Positions 24,305 through 36,819 of a stretch of 64,000 bases of DNA are shown here, in pieces (positions within the stretch are counted from its first letter, which is position 1; every line of letters begins with the position of its first letter). Below the pieces are notes generated by a model. The model was not told the origin of the DNA and ran no database searches. It saw only the letters and a program-made list of their open reading frames with translations. The position numbers and the translations under genes were made by a program. Source of the stretch: Chiloscyllium plagiosum (lineage: Eukaryota); the NCBI RefSeq assembly GCF_004010195.1, contig NC_057718.1, positions 61,358,301 through 61,422,300 of the forward strand. Direction: 5' to 3'.

Positions 24305-25268
24305 TATTTTTATTTCAAAAATATACTTTATTCATAAAGTAGTGGGCGGCGCGGTGGCACAGTGGTTAGCACTGCTGCCTCACAGCGCCAGAGACCCGGG
24401 TTCAATTCCCGACTCAGGCGACTGACTGTGTGGAGTTTGCACATTCTCCCCGTGTCTGCGTGGGTTTCCTCCGGGTGCTCCGGTTTCCTCCCACAGTCCA
24501 AAAGATGTGCGGGTCAGGTGAATTGGCCATGCTAAATTGCCCATAGTGTTAGGTTAAAGGGGTAAATGTAGGGGTATGGGTGGGTTGCGCTTCGGCGGGT
24601 CGGTGTGGACTTGTTGGGCCGAAGGGCCTGTTTCCACACTGTAAGTAATCTAATCTAATCTAAAAAAATTATTTTGATATCTATACAATTGGTCATGCCA
24701 TTCTTATGCACACTTGCATTTCTTTACATAGAGATCGGAATTAATCAGTCGTATATACAAGTCTGTTCATTGACCATGCAGATATTTTGCTGAGGTGTCA
24801 GTGGGGCCAGATTTCGAAGTGGGCCCCCGTTCCTCTTAGGCAGGCAGACCTTACACAGTTGTCTCTCCCCACTGCGCCTTGGCAGCAGCTTCCCCAAGCT
24901 TCAGAGTGTCCCTCAACACATAGTCCTGGACCTTGGAATGTGCCAGTCTGCAACACTCAGTCAGGGTCAACTCCTTCAGCTGGAAGATCAACAGCTTTCG
25001 GACAGACCAAAGAGCGTCCTTGATTGAGTTGATGATCATCTCGGCGTGCATCCCAGGGAACAGACCGTAGAGCACGGAATCCCACGTCACAGAGCTGCTC
25101 TGGACAAACCTCGACAAACACCACTGCATTCCTCTCCAGACTTCTTTTGCGTAGGCACATTCCAGGAGGAGGTGTGTGACAGTCTCATTCCCTCCACAGC
25201 CGCTTCGAGGGCAGCGTGCGGTGCAGTAGAGAGTCCAGGCATGCATAAAGGATCTCACAGGCAGACCA
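24305..25268 (-). mobile_element. 5'-truncated Tx1/L1-clade LINE with 20-bp TSD
   Basis: ORF 24851-25306 with CCHC knuckle CPRSGCGGNETVTHLLLEC; AATAAA (TTTATT on +) near 24328; TSD CCTAGATGTGAAAGAAAGAT at 24285-24304 and 25269-25288. Confidence 0.9.
24341..24662 (+). mobile_element. Young full-length HE1-like V-SINE
   Basis: A box TGGCACAGTGG, B box GGTTCAATTCC, core GTGTGGAGTTTGCACATTCTCCCCGTGTCTGCGTGGGTTTCC, LINE-like 3' end and (TAATC)n tail. Confidence 0.95.
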
Positions 25269-26180
25269 CCTAGATGTGAAAGAAAGATGGGGTATTGAAA
25301 CAACAAATGACCTGAAGTCAGTCATGTGGGCAGAGCCACAGGATTCCACAAAGCCTACATTCAGTCTCATTAATATAGTGGGAACCATAATGTGAGCAGT
25401 AAACTAGATAGAGAAAGAAGTACAAGTAGGGCACTGCTCCAGCGTGAGGGTATGTTTGCAGACTTGACAGTGAGAAGGGAGGAGATAAAGGAGCAAATGT
25501 TACACTTTCTGCAATTGGTTGGGTAGGTGCCATAGGCGAGTGATGTAGGAGTAGACCAGCATGTCACAAATAGAACAGCACTTACTGAGTACTGATAGCG
25601 GAGGTGAGGGAAAGATATGTTTGAGGTGGCATCTTGCTGATGGTGGTAGAGGCTGATCTATTGAATACAGAGAGTGGTGGAGTGGAAAGTAAGGGCAAGG
25701 TTAACTGTTTCATTGTTCTAGGGAGGAGGGGAAGCAGGTGGGCGGGAGAGTGGGAAAAGTCAGATACAGATATGGCCATTAGCACTCTCTTCGCCTTTTG
25801 TTCTGAGGCAACCTTACCATCAATTCCACTCACTCCTTCTCTCCGCTGTTTTTGCAAGAAAAAAACCAATCATGTTTCCACCCTTCTTCAGAAGGGTCAT
25901 ACAGAATTTTAAATGTTAACTCAGTTTCTTTCCGGTGATGTCAGACCCAGTATGTTTCTCCCAAATTCTGTTTTTATTTCAGCTTCCAGAATCTGCAGTA
26001 TTTTCCTTTGACTGAAGTTGTCATGAGCACAGTACCTCATTCAAATGAATTAGGCAGGTTTCATACGTGGCCAGGACACAACTCAGGGACAATACTGTGA
26101 ATTAATACATATCTTGTACAACTGGGGGTCCCTTTAATGGGTGAATGTTTAAGTGACTAACATTTTTGTTCATGTTCCAG

Positions 26181-26221
26181 CACATCTGTTGCCTTTGAAG
26201 AGAGAGTATTAAATGAACCAG
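26181..26221 (+). other. Candidate 41-nt exon of an unidentified host gene
   Basis: Branch-point-like CTAAC, T-rich tract, CAG acceptor, CAG|GTAAAG donor; single open frame TSVAFEERVLNEP. Confidence 0.3.
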
Positions 26222-26699
26222 GTAAAGACTTGTCCATTTATGTGTCTATTCCAAAAATGGCCATCTGACAGCCGCTAGATTAGAATGGCTTTTGTCTTGT
26301 GCAGGAACCTTTCTGGATAACTGCTAGGTCAATGAAGCCATGAGTAATGTCTTTCCGCATTTGATGAAATGATGAAGCTGGATATAAGGATCTAAATTGA
26401 AGCTCAACGCTATCTGAGAATTCATAGCATTTCTTCTAATTAGATGTAGAACATCCATCACTGGAGGATTCATGATGATGGTCCTTGTGTTAGCAGACAT
26501 CCATGGTGCATACCAATACAGATAGGCAATGTTGGACATGTAGACTTTATTATAACCATAGTAAAACCTTACATATTTCGCTTTATGAATTCTCAAATGA
26601 CTACATAAAGACAGATAGCAGTCATCTTTGCAGATCCCTGTAAATGACAAAATACTGGACCTAGCGGATAGTGCGCTCATGATGGTCTTTTAGTTGACA

Positions 26700-27475
26700 G
26701 ATGTCTGCTTCGATACAACTGGTGCCACCACTTGCTTGTCCCTTCTCATGATCAGACTTATGCCTAACATTCCCGTCAAAAATCCACACATTTACAACTC
26801 CTCCAATAATGCTGCTGTCCAAGTCCACTTGCAGTAGAGCGTGGACAATATTTGTACTTAGTCTGATAAGTGGCAATTATCATTTACCTTACACAAATAC
26901 TAGACAATGACTATTGTTAACAAGAATATAATAAACATCTCTGCTTGGCATTACCTTAGTTAATCTCCCAGAGTCAATTTTCTGGGCTTTGTCATTGACC
27001 AAAAACTGAACGAGATGACCCATTATATAAATACTGTGGCTACAACAGCAGGTTGAAGCAAGGAATTCTGTGGAAAGTAACTTATGTCTTGACTCCTCAA
27101 AGCCTCTTAAAGATCTCTAATGCTGAAGTTGAGAAATGTGTTGGAAAACTGACTGCCTTCCTGGTTGAATGCATCATCAAAAACAATTAAGAAGCTCAAC
27201 CATCCAGACAAAGCATTCTCCCATCCACCACTTTAAACATTCATGACCTCCATCACCGATGCACAGTGGCAACAGTATATACCTTCTACAAGACACCCTG
27301 CAACTTCCTTACCAAGGCTTCCTCAAGAGCACCATCCACACTCATAACCTCTACCACTCGGACGGACAAGGGACAACAGATTCATAACAACGCCAGCCCT
27401 CTAAGCTACAACACTATGCAGATTCAAAACTATATCAATGACCTTTCACTGTCAAAATCATCTGAGTTTCAGCCC
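26700..27475 (+). mobile_element. Old non-LTR RT fragment (CR1/L2 group)
   Basis: Remnants LGFVIDQKLN...INTVATTAG*...GILWKV at ~26980-27080. Confidence 0.6.
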
Positions 27476-28992
27476 AACAATTATTTAGTCTTCAAGTTTT
27501 TGAAAATAAATGCTCTTAATTCATTGCTTCTTATCCTGTTGTTCCCTTGAGATTAAAATTGAACAGCAAAACATTTTACTAGTTTTGTCTATCTTACAGA
27601 GCAAATGATTACCTAAATTTGAAGGGGACCAATTGACCAAAATTTTGCTTCTCTTTCTTTCTGTTCACAAAAATCCTGGGCACCTAAAACAGGCCAAGAG
27701 AGCTGTCATAGTTTAGTATAATGATTAATGATCACTGTAATGCATATTTGAATTATCAGATATGACTGCAATGTCAACATGAATATATTTCTTCCTTAAA
27801 GTTCCTCCATTCCAAGACTGTCAAGAAAATTGGAAAATCTTTCACAATTTAGTGAAAGATGCCACAATTGGCCTTGGATGTTCCTCCACCCTGACTTGTA
27901 AGAATTGACATTACATTCTTTAATTGTTTTACAACTATATATTCCTGATGCAGCCATTTTCATTTCTCAAATCAAATGCTATCAATGTAGTTACCACTTA
28001 CATCAGATAAACTGTAATATCCTGAATGTATTATTCATAATATCTTAAGGCCCTACAGCATAGATTTCAACTTCAACAGAAATATAAATCATGAGATATA
28101 ATATTGCCAGCCCATTCACTATCACCTATTTTACGTGATAGTACAAAGTTTAGATCGGCCCCAGCATGTCTGAGAGCAGGGTTGAGCCATAACTCTGTAA
28201 TCTGGAAGTGACCATGACTCGTGATCATATTTTCAAACAATGACGTTTTAGAATGCCTCACTTTTCATTCATAGAAGCGTAGAATCAAATATATTTTCAT
28301 TCAGTTTACTCCACCATGATCATTTTCTCTCTATTTGTAAATTTAAAGTGTCCATGTTCTTGAAATGCTTCGAAGTGTTATCATACCAAAATTGTAGGGC
28401 ATGCAGAAACCTTCAATCTAAATTGCTGAATTGGCAGATTCTGTCCCAAGTTTGTCAATACTTCATTTTGTTTTACAAAGCTAAAACATATGGACATTGC
28501 AGAGGCTTCTGGAATATTGACAATACTCATATTCTAAACATCCCTCACACAAAGTTGAGTCCCATTCTGATATAAGTCTCAAAATATTAAGCAGTAAAAC
28601 AAGTATGTTAGCATAGAAGGCCAAACCTTGGACAGCAGTAGAATCTAAGCAGGAAGAAGCAGGTGGAGAATCATTGATGTTTAGGAGGGAATTGCAGAGA
28701 CTGGGATCTCAGATCTTCACTGACTTATGCTAAAATATGAAAGCATCTTCTACAAATCTGGACTCCCATTGAGTCACAGTTCTGACTAAGATTACAGTAC
28801 CTGCACTGATTCTTTCATCATGTAGTTTCACGCCACATTGAGTTGAAGTCAAAACAGGCCGTTCATGAAGCCAGTAAAGGCAAGAACTGCCTTCAGATTA
28901 AGACTGCAAAGCAACACTATTTATTGTAGTTTTATACTAAATATTACTATACATGACAGCCATTGATATAGTAGTCTCAGATTTTGTATTTG

Positions 28993-29095
28993 AGCTGAAA
29001 ATGTGTTGCTGGAAAAGCGCAGGTCAGGCAGCATCCAGGAGAATCGACGTTTCGGGCATAAGCCCTTCTTCAGGAATTTGCCTTCTTCAGGAAGG
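28993..29095 (-). mobile_element. PLE-derived mini-insertion with 15-bp TSD
   Basis: Inverted PLE terminus; TSD CAGATTTTGTATTTG at 28978-28992 and 29096-29110. Confidence 0.9.
29046..29073 (-). ncRNA. Minimal type-I hammerhead ribozyme core (intact)
   Basis: Identical to the 16290-16317 core. Confidence 0.7.
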
Positions 29096-29492
29096 CAGAT
29101 TTTGTATTTGCCTTAAGTAAAGAATCATCTATCTTTCTGTGTTCAAGCCCTTCTAACTCCACCGTCACTGTGCTATTTATTGTGAGGGATATGCAGTTCT
29201 GTGACATTATTGCAAGCTGACTCCAGGGTCATGAAGCTGTTCAACATCACCCACTTTTAAGCAGTCTTTCCCCCAAACATTGACTAACCGGATTATACAT
29301 ATAGACTCAAGTAAATTGCTAAAAGTATTTATTTTTACAACATTTACTGTACATTTTGTCCTCATCTCTTCCAAAGTCTTTGACTCAATTCAACTGTTTT
29401 GATACGTAGAGCAAGGAAGTCTATGATCAGATGTAGAAACACTGAAGGTAGAATTTGTGATTTTATTTGTTCTCTATCTTTTCTTATTTCAG

Positions 29493-29559
29493 AAATTTAA
29501 TCAGTCTGGCTGAAGGAATTTACAGTAATGTAACCATAGGAATGGATGAGAATTATGAG
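29493..29559 (+). other. Candidate 67-nt exon
   Basis: Long pyrimidine tract ending TTTCAG; single open frame NLISLAEGIYSNVTIGMDENYE; weak donor GAG|GTAGTT. Confidence 0.25.
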
Positions 29560-29734
29560 GTAGTTGCACATCTTCTGCTCCATTATTAGCTTGGGTACCA
29601 TTGTTAGTTCCCTTTTGAAAAATGAAGTGGCCTTCGTGTATTTATTGTTCTTCATGTGAAATTTTTTCTTTTGCAATATGAATGTAATCTTCAAGATTTT
29701 GTTCCAAGGCATAAATATGCATGTTTGAGTTTGC

Positions 29735-29965
29735 ATTTGATTTATAGTTGTCATATGTACTGAGATACAGTGAAAAGTGTCATTTTGTGTGCTCTACAGG
29801 AGATTGTACCATACAAAGTCCATCAGGGTAGCAGAACAGAGTGCAGAATATAGTGTTACAGCCACAAAGTGCAGAGAGGGAGATTTCAATTAACATTTGA
29901 GAGGTCCATTCAAAAGTCTGATAACTACAGGGAAGGAGCTGTTTTTGAATCTGTTTGTACATTGG
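29735..29965 (-). mobile_element. Rex1/Babar 3' fragment
   Basis: TTGTCATATGTACTGAGATACAGTGAAAAG and GGAAGGAGCTGTTTTTGAATCTG parallel 18614-18825. Confidence 0.6.
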
Positions 29966-30994
29966 TTTGTGAATAATTTAATTAGTTGCTTGATATGCTC
30001 TTTAGATTGTAGCACATCTTCAAGACTTTGTTTACTGCAATGAATACTTTATATGTGGAAGATTGAACTGGTTTATCTTCACTGATGTTGGATTTTGGAA
30101 CATCGTACCTGGAATAAGATATTATATGTTAATTTCCTTGTTAATATTGTTACATGCAGTATATTGTTCAGATGAGAAATCGGTCTCCTCTGGTCAGAGG
30201 AGATATTGTATTTCAAGTAATCAACACTCCTTGTAGAAAGACAAAATGGAATCTTTTTCTATACAATGCTTCCTGAACAATTCTATAAAGTCTGTATCTA
30301 ATGTTATTTAAATTGCTCATTCTGGAGTTAGAGCCATTTTTGATTGAAAAAATTCTATAACAGATGTATCTAAAATGCCAAAGACAATTCTGCAACAAAT
30401 GAGCTTGTCATCTAAGTTTCCATGGTTCATATAATACATATAGGTAATCAATGAAGATTTTAAATGTCTTTCCTGGGAGGTGATTTGTACTATTGAAGTG
30501 TGATCTCATCAGTTTCTTGCTTGTTCTTGAAGTGAAATATTGATCAAAAGATAAACATGAGATTGTCAAATGTAACTTGTTTCTCAATGTTCAGTTGTAT
30601 GTGTAGTAAGTGAGCTGCTCTTTCTGTTAACAGAGAAGTGTATGAGCCTATTCTGCATTTGATCTGGTGTCCAATCCAGAAGCTGTCTGAAATCTTATGA
30701 ATTGTACTTTCCACATCTGCTAATTCCCGATCTATAAAAATGAATCTGAAAGTTTAGACATTTTTGGTCTACAAAAATAGATCAGAAAATTTAAATTTTC
30801 ATGGTAGAAAGATTGGTTCCAGAGAATTTTGTGCATTATTTGGTTAGTAATAGGCATTTGAGGTTTTTGCTTATTTTCTTGATATGGAAAGATGTTATTA
30901 GGAATTTGGTTTTCTTCACTACACCTGTTTTGTTATCTTGTGCTTTTCTTGTGATTGTTTAAAGTTGCTGTTGAGTCTTTGTTGTTGCAAGGAT

Positions 30995-31200
30995 TTCTTT
31001 TTGACCCATAGGGTGGTGGGACTCTGGAGTGCACCGTCTCGTCAGGTAGCTGAAGTAGGAAACCTCACAACCTCTAAATTAGCAGTTAGACGAGCTCTTG
31101 AAATGTCATACATTCAAGGCTATGGGCCAAGTGCTGGAAAGTGGGACTGGTGTAGATTTTGAGTAGCTTTGGTGGTGCAGACTGAATGGACCGAATATCT
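30995..31200 (+). mobile_element. Old CR1 3' fragment
   Basis: FFLTHRVVGLWSA...GYGPSAGKWD in ORF 30938-31162. Confidence 0.7.
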
Positions 31201-31304
31201 GCATGAGTCCATACTTATGATTTGAGAAAATAGAATCTAGTGAATATGCACCAATTTGCTCAATGAAAAGTGTTTACAGACATGTCAGCTAAGTAAGCTG
31301 CTTT

Positions 31305-31760
31305 CAAGATTTACAAGGATGTTGCCAGGGTTGGAGGATTTGAGCTATAGAGAGAGGCTGAACAGGCTGGGGCTGTTTTCCCTGGAGCATCACAGGCTGA
31401 GGGGTGACCTTATAGAGGGGCATGGGAAAGGTAAATAGGCAAAGTCTTTTCCCTGGGGTCTGGGAGTCCAGAACTAGAGGGCAAAGGTTTAGGGTGAGAG
31501 GGGAAAGATATAAAAAAGAGACATACGGGGCAACTTTTTCTCACAGAGGGTGGTACATATATGGAATGAGCTGCCAAGTGGAGGCTGGTACAATTGCAAC
31601 ATTTAAGAGGCATTTGGATGGGTATATGAATAGGAAGGGTTTGGAGGGATATGGGCTGGGTGCTGGCAGGTGGGACTAGATTGGGTTGGGATATCTGATC
31701 GACATGGACGGGTTGGACAGAAGTGTCTGTTTCCATGCTGTACATCACTATGACCTCTTC
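31305..31760 (+). mobile_element. Young 5'-truncated CR1/HER1-like LINE
   Basis: RFTRMLPGLEDLSYRERLNRLGLFSLE; closely matches 11615-12090 with small deletions. Confidence 0.95.
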
Positions 31761-32096
31761 CATACTATATCATTCTATGATTGTTGTTGCAATACTAAAG
31801 GTTTCGGCTATTTTCAACATGAAGTTTGATTTTCCTTTACCAGTATACCATCTTCATAGAGAAGATCTGAACATAGAACTATTGTAAGCTAGTTTAAAAT
31901 GAGGTATTTTCATGCTAAATTCAAAAGCACATGGACAAGTTCACAGGCCTTTCCTTTATCTGACTTTGTATTTAAATTAATAAAATTAATAAAATTTCTT
32001 GGTTGCAATATAAAGCTTTGAATTAAGTTTTCACGAACTTCGCACTGATACTTTGTTTTGCAATAATGATTGCTATTCCTGGTTTGTTTTCTATTT

Positions 32097-33574
32097 ATTC
32101 TACTTTTCAACAATTTTCTTTAGGTCCATACCTGAAGAATTTTAACTTATTAGTTTTATTGAGAATTAAATATATCTCTTTCCCCCCATCCTGTATCTTA
32201 ATTGTGTGGGTTTGCTCTCAGTAAAGCCAATCTATTTTTAGCTGTCCATCGCTTTCATTGAGATCTATTTTAATGTTGAGCTCACTCTTTTTCAACCATT
32301 AATACTCCCTTTGTAATTTGCTGTGGCACAATCTTAACCTTTTTTACTCATTTCTCCTCCCCTTTGTCAACAGCGTAGAAGCTGCTATTTTCTAGCCCCC
32401 TTCAGCTATAGAGGAGAGTCGTAGAACTCCAAACATTAGCTCTGATTCCCTGTTCAGACCTGCTGAGTTTCTCCAGCACTTTGTATTTTTATATAGTAGA
32501 TTTATCCACTGAAACACTGGGATAAATTCAGAAATAGAAATGTACCACAATTAAATATATCTTTTCACGTTTGAGGGAATTTTTAAACTTTAAACCTGAA
32601 AGGCTCTTGTTTTTTGATATTATCTTAACTGTAAACTGTGTAAGCAAAGTAAATTCTACTCTTCAACAATGAATAGATAATATTTCTGTTTGATATTCTG
32701 GAAAATATAGCACAATCTGTTATGTATTATTCCAAACGCATTCGACAGTTCCAGTGCATATATAACCACAAATAGCTTTAATCACCACAGATAAAATAGA
32801 AAAGAACAGACTTCTTCCAAAGAGTAAAACATGACTGTTTGAGCAACATAATCTAAAAAATAAATGCAAGCTGGTAACCATGGCAAATCATATCTGGGAG
32901 TCAGCCTTTTACCATAATCTGTGGTTATTTGGATCCAGGATTTAATTGTCCTAAATCTGCAGCAGCAATTCAGCCCGATCAACAACTCGAGAAATTTGTT
33001 TTGGTTTAACCCTTTCAGGCATAAAGTGACATCCATAGGCTATTGAATTAAACCTCTCGGAAGGAAGGCTGTGGTTAAAGCAATTGCTGGAAGTCATCCT
33101 GAAAAGGATTTTGATAAGGGGGTCACTATATTATCATACCCTGCTATCTTTAACATTTTCCTTTTTAAAGGAAGTGGAGAGGAGAAGCAACATGCTTTCT
33201 CCAGATAAAATTTGTTCAAGGATTGGATCTGGATAGTCATGGAGCTCAATGGCAGGAGTCCAGCCCTGAAAACCTGGATACAGTGTTCCAAACCCTCATT
33301 GACCTCATGCGAGAGGTCAACAATAGGCGCCATAATTTCAAATGCCATAACCCGGATACTAGATCACTGGCCACAATACTATTCAATGGACTACAACTTA
33401 TTTCTCATCTACAATCAAACACTACCAATTAATTCCTATCATTCCCCTCTCTCACAGATTTTGCACACAACCGGCTTTATTTTCTATTTTTCAACAATTT
33501 TCTTTAAGTCCATACCTGAAGAATTATTTTAACTTGTTAGTTAGTTTTATTGAGAATTAAATATACCCCTTTCC
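32097..33574 (+). repeat. Dispersed ~90-bp direct repeat pair (32097-32182 and 33482-33574)
   Basis: Shared TTTTCAACAATTTTCTTTA(G/A)GTCCATACCTGAAGAATT...TTAGTTTTATTGAGAATTAAATATA. Confidence 0.85.
32400..32490 (+). mobile_element. Old PLE terminal fragment
   Basis: CAGACCTGCTGAGTTTCTCCAGCACTTTG. Confidence 0.5.
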
Positions 33575-34645
33575 TTGTCATTAATAATGACAATCACATC
33601 ACTGAAAAACATTGAGCTGCATTGATTGACACACTACCATCTCTCTGTTGTGTGTGTTGTATAACCACAGCTGCAGTACTTAACACTGGGGGAAAGGTTA
33701 GGTTGCATATCCCTATCCCTTGGAGGAGACCATGGTCACCATCATCGGAACAGTTATCACTGAGATCATGGTAACATCCTTATCCTTAATTGGATGGCCT
33801 TCTGCTAATCATGCTTCCCTAACTCCTCCCTCTATTGACCCATTGGTCTATTCTACACCACCTCAGCTCATTCTCCCTGTCATTTTGTGAGAAAATATCT
33901 GGGACCAAGTCATTTCTGCAGAATGCTCAAAGCCAAGACAAAGTCTTTCATCGCATGCTACATCAATCCTCTCTCTAGACTTAATTAAATTTAAAGAAAT
34001 TAAGAAAACCTCTATTTTTGCAACAAGAGCTAGGAGAAATAATCTCAAACTAAGAATGACACCTTTAAATCGTAGTGATCAGGGCAGTCCTTCCTGATAT
34101 GGAACATGTGCTCAGCAACGCAAGATGGTTAGCTGGAATGTTGAGCCAAACATAGGCAGATGTTGTTCAGCGCGCTATTTGACATGTTTTTGGCAGATGC
34201 TCACCATCCTGCCCAAACATTCTCATGACAGTGGCACCAATTGTGCGTTGCCAGTAAAGTGCACCACAAACAAAACAGCAATCATTGCACCGAAAAGCCT
34301 TGAAACACAATTTTTTACCACTAAAACTTTCAATGTTTCAAATTTCCATATTTAGGCATGATATAAACCAATGCTTTTTCATCTAATGACCTTGCCAAAT
34401 ATTATTTTCAGTTATATAAACAAACCTGCATTTATATAACTCTTAATATAGAAAAACTTTCAGAAATACCTTGCTGAAAGGTATAAGGGAGAGGAACTGC
34501 AAACTTAGAGCCATCATGTGTCCAGCCATTCAGACTGTAGACTTTGCCATGGCTGCTAGCAAAGCCAGTCGCTGTTTCTCTGGTAGAGGATGTAAGTGGC
34601 ACAAGCTGAACTGTGACATGCTTCCTTTCCCCACCTCTCCTCCAG

Positions 34646-34876
34646 CCTGCTGCACCAGCATGCAATGCTCCATCTTGTGGCTCTCAAGAAACCAACAAAT
34701 CTTTCCCAAATGTGACAATAGCTACATTGAGAAGACAGGCAGCCTTGGGACTTGAGATGCCTAACCTTCCCAATCCCTTCAACCTGAAGGGTACCAGAGA
34801 GCTCTCAAATATGGTGTATTGTATATTTACAAAAACTGATTTTCACAGTAACGATGCACTACAGGACTACTTGTAA
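34646..34876 (+). other. Candidate (terminal) exon
   Basis: Acceptor CTTCCTTTCCCCACCTCTCCTCCAG; open frame PAAPACNAPSCGSQ...LQDYL*; AATAAA near 35032. Confidence 0.2.
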
Positions 34877-35129
34877 ATTGCAAAACCTGTAAATGAATTG
34901 CAGCATGCCAAGCGTTAAAAATAATATTGCATTTGTTTTTTTTTATATATATATATATTTAACAGCTGACACAAATCAGATCAGATCAGTCGATTATTTC
35001 CTGCTGCTTTCTGTCTTTGTGAGGTATTTTAAATAAATTTCGTCAAAGGAGATGACAGTTCTGCATAAATTGCTCTCTTTCTTTTGTAATAGGTCTCAAT
35101 TTTTTTTATATCATTCAAAATGAAATGCT

Positions 35130-36105
35130 TAGATCTCTTCAAAGTAAATACAGATTAAAAAAAGAGTGCCAGCGCCTCAACTACTTACAATCGATATTAA
35201 TGACAGATGGAAAGATCAAGAGTAATGTACCTAAGTTTATTGATAATATAAAGTTAGCTGGAATTGTAAGCTGTGAGGAGATCACAAAAAGGCTGCATAA
35301 ACATATATAGCTAGGTTAAATGAGTGGGCAATAAAGTGACAGATGAAGTATAATTTGGAGGGGTGTGAAGTTATTCATTTTAATAAAAATAACAGAAAAG
35401 CTGCTATTTTTAAAACGTGATAAACTTTTAAATGTTGATGTTCAGGGAGACTTCATGCACTCTTACAAAATGCTCAGAAACATTTAGGCAGGTATATGGG
35501 AATTTTTATTGCAAGGAGATTGGAGTTCAAAAGCAAAGAATTCTCAATACATTTGTACAAGACTTTTGTGGTGCAATACTGAAGTACAGTGCACATCTTT
35601 GATCTCCATATCAAAGGAAGGGTATGCTTGCATTGTCAGTTGCAAAGTAAAGGTTCACAAGGTTGGTTCATAGAAAGGGCCCTATGATGAAAGTCTGGGT
35701 AATTTGGGCTCATTCTCCCTGGAGTTTTAGAAGTATGAGAATTCGTCTCATTGAACCGTGAGCAATTCTGAAGGACACTAAGAGTTAGTTTCCCCTGTCT
35801 TGGACATCTAGAACTCAGGAACACAGTCTCAGGACAAGGAGTTGATTATTCATGACTGAAGTGAGGAGAAAATTCCTCACTCAGAGTTGTGATTATTTAC
35901 ATTTTATATGCAGAAGATTGTGGATGCTTCATTATTGAGTATATTTAAGGTGAAGGTAGACAGATTTTTGATCTCTCATCGAATCCATCGATATGGAGAA
36001 CTGGTGTGACAATTGAATTTGATCATGATTGTGTTGAATGTCATAGCCTGCCCATGGCCCAAATAGTTATGTCTTTCTCCTATTCTATCATGAATTCTAT
36101 CATGA
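35130..36105 (+). mobile_element. Old CR1 RT fragment
   Basis: KSNVPKFIDNIKLAGIVSCEE (decayed FADD region); ATTCTATCATGA tandem tail at ~36082-36105. Confidence 0.75.
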
Positions 36106-36819
36106 ATTGAATTGAAATGCCATCAGTTGTTGTGTTGAGATTTGAACTCCTATTCTCTGTGATAGTGTACCTCAGAAATTGAAGCAGAGAAGTTAAAAAG
36201 GGATAGGAAGATGTCACAGATTGTTCATGTGAAGTGAAAGTAGGGTGGATGTCAGATTATTATTTTTCAGCTCAGGACAAGATCAGGAATATATCAGGAA
36301 AAGAGGTCAGAGTCAGGAGCTGAGGAGGACTGGACTAAAGAATGTACCACCAATCCCATGACAAAGCAGGCAGATCTGCACAAGTTTCTATGGCAACAAC
36401 CTTTATTTATAAGCAGTGAGCAGAGTCAAGATAGAAGCTGACCATGAGAAAATGAATGCCATCAGCTGGTAGAGGGGGATGGTGGATGGAGACTGGTTGG
36501 AACTTCATTCCAGGAAGAAGAAAATAACCTCCAGATGTTCTTATTGGGAGAAGAGGTATCGAGAGATTTGAAACCTATACTGAAAAGAGAGGCAGTGAAA
36601 GCCAGGAAACTGGAAACTTAGAGGGACAGAAGTCACAGTAGGCAGGACCTGACTGCAAACAGGGGCAAAAGGTAGTTAAAATGAGAAGAAACATTTGTAT
36701 GAGGTAAGAACAGACCAAATGAGTCTATGCTAGCAGTTTGTGCATCCTCATAAGGACATCTTCACTTTCCACTCCATCATTTTGTAGTTTAATGTATCCT
36801 CTCCTTGTGGATTGTGATG

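Larger units (their letters stand above)
23930..26010 (-). mobile_element. Decayed Penelope-like element (GIY-YIG end and Cys-linker), host to nested insertions
   Basis: Minus strand KLEEQ*LIF...LQSSGLNIEFNNF at ~24178-24256; GTYPTNCRKCNICSFI in ORF 25370-25567; oppositely oriented terminal fragment at ~25885-26010. Confidence 0.75.

Noticed and set aside
24341..24420. tRNA gene
   Set aside because: A/B boxes belong to a SINE head that continues into the V-SINE body and LINE-like tail; the same applies to the other copies
26324..26680. 118-aa minus-strand ORF / 65-nt exon candidate
   Set aside because: No recognisable domain, and it cannot be linked to other exons; compatible with chance
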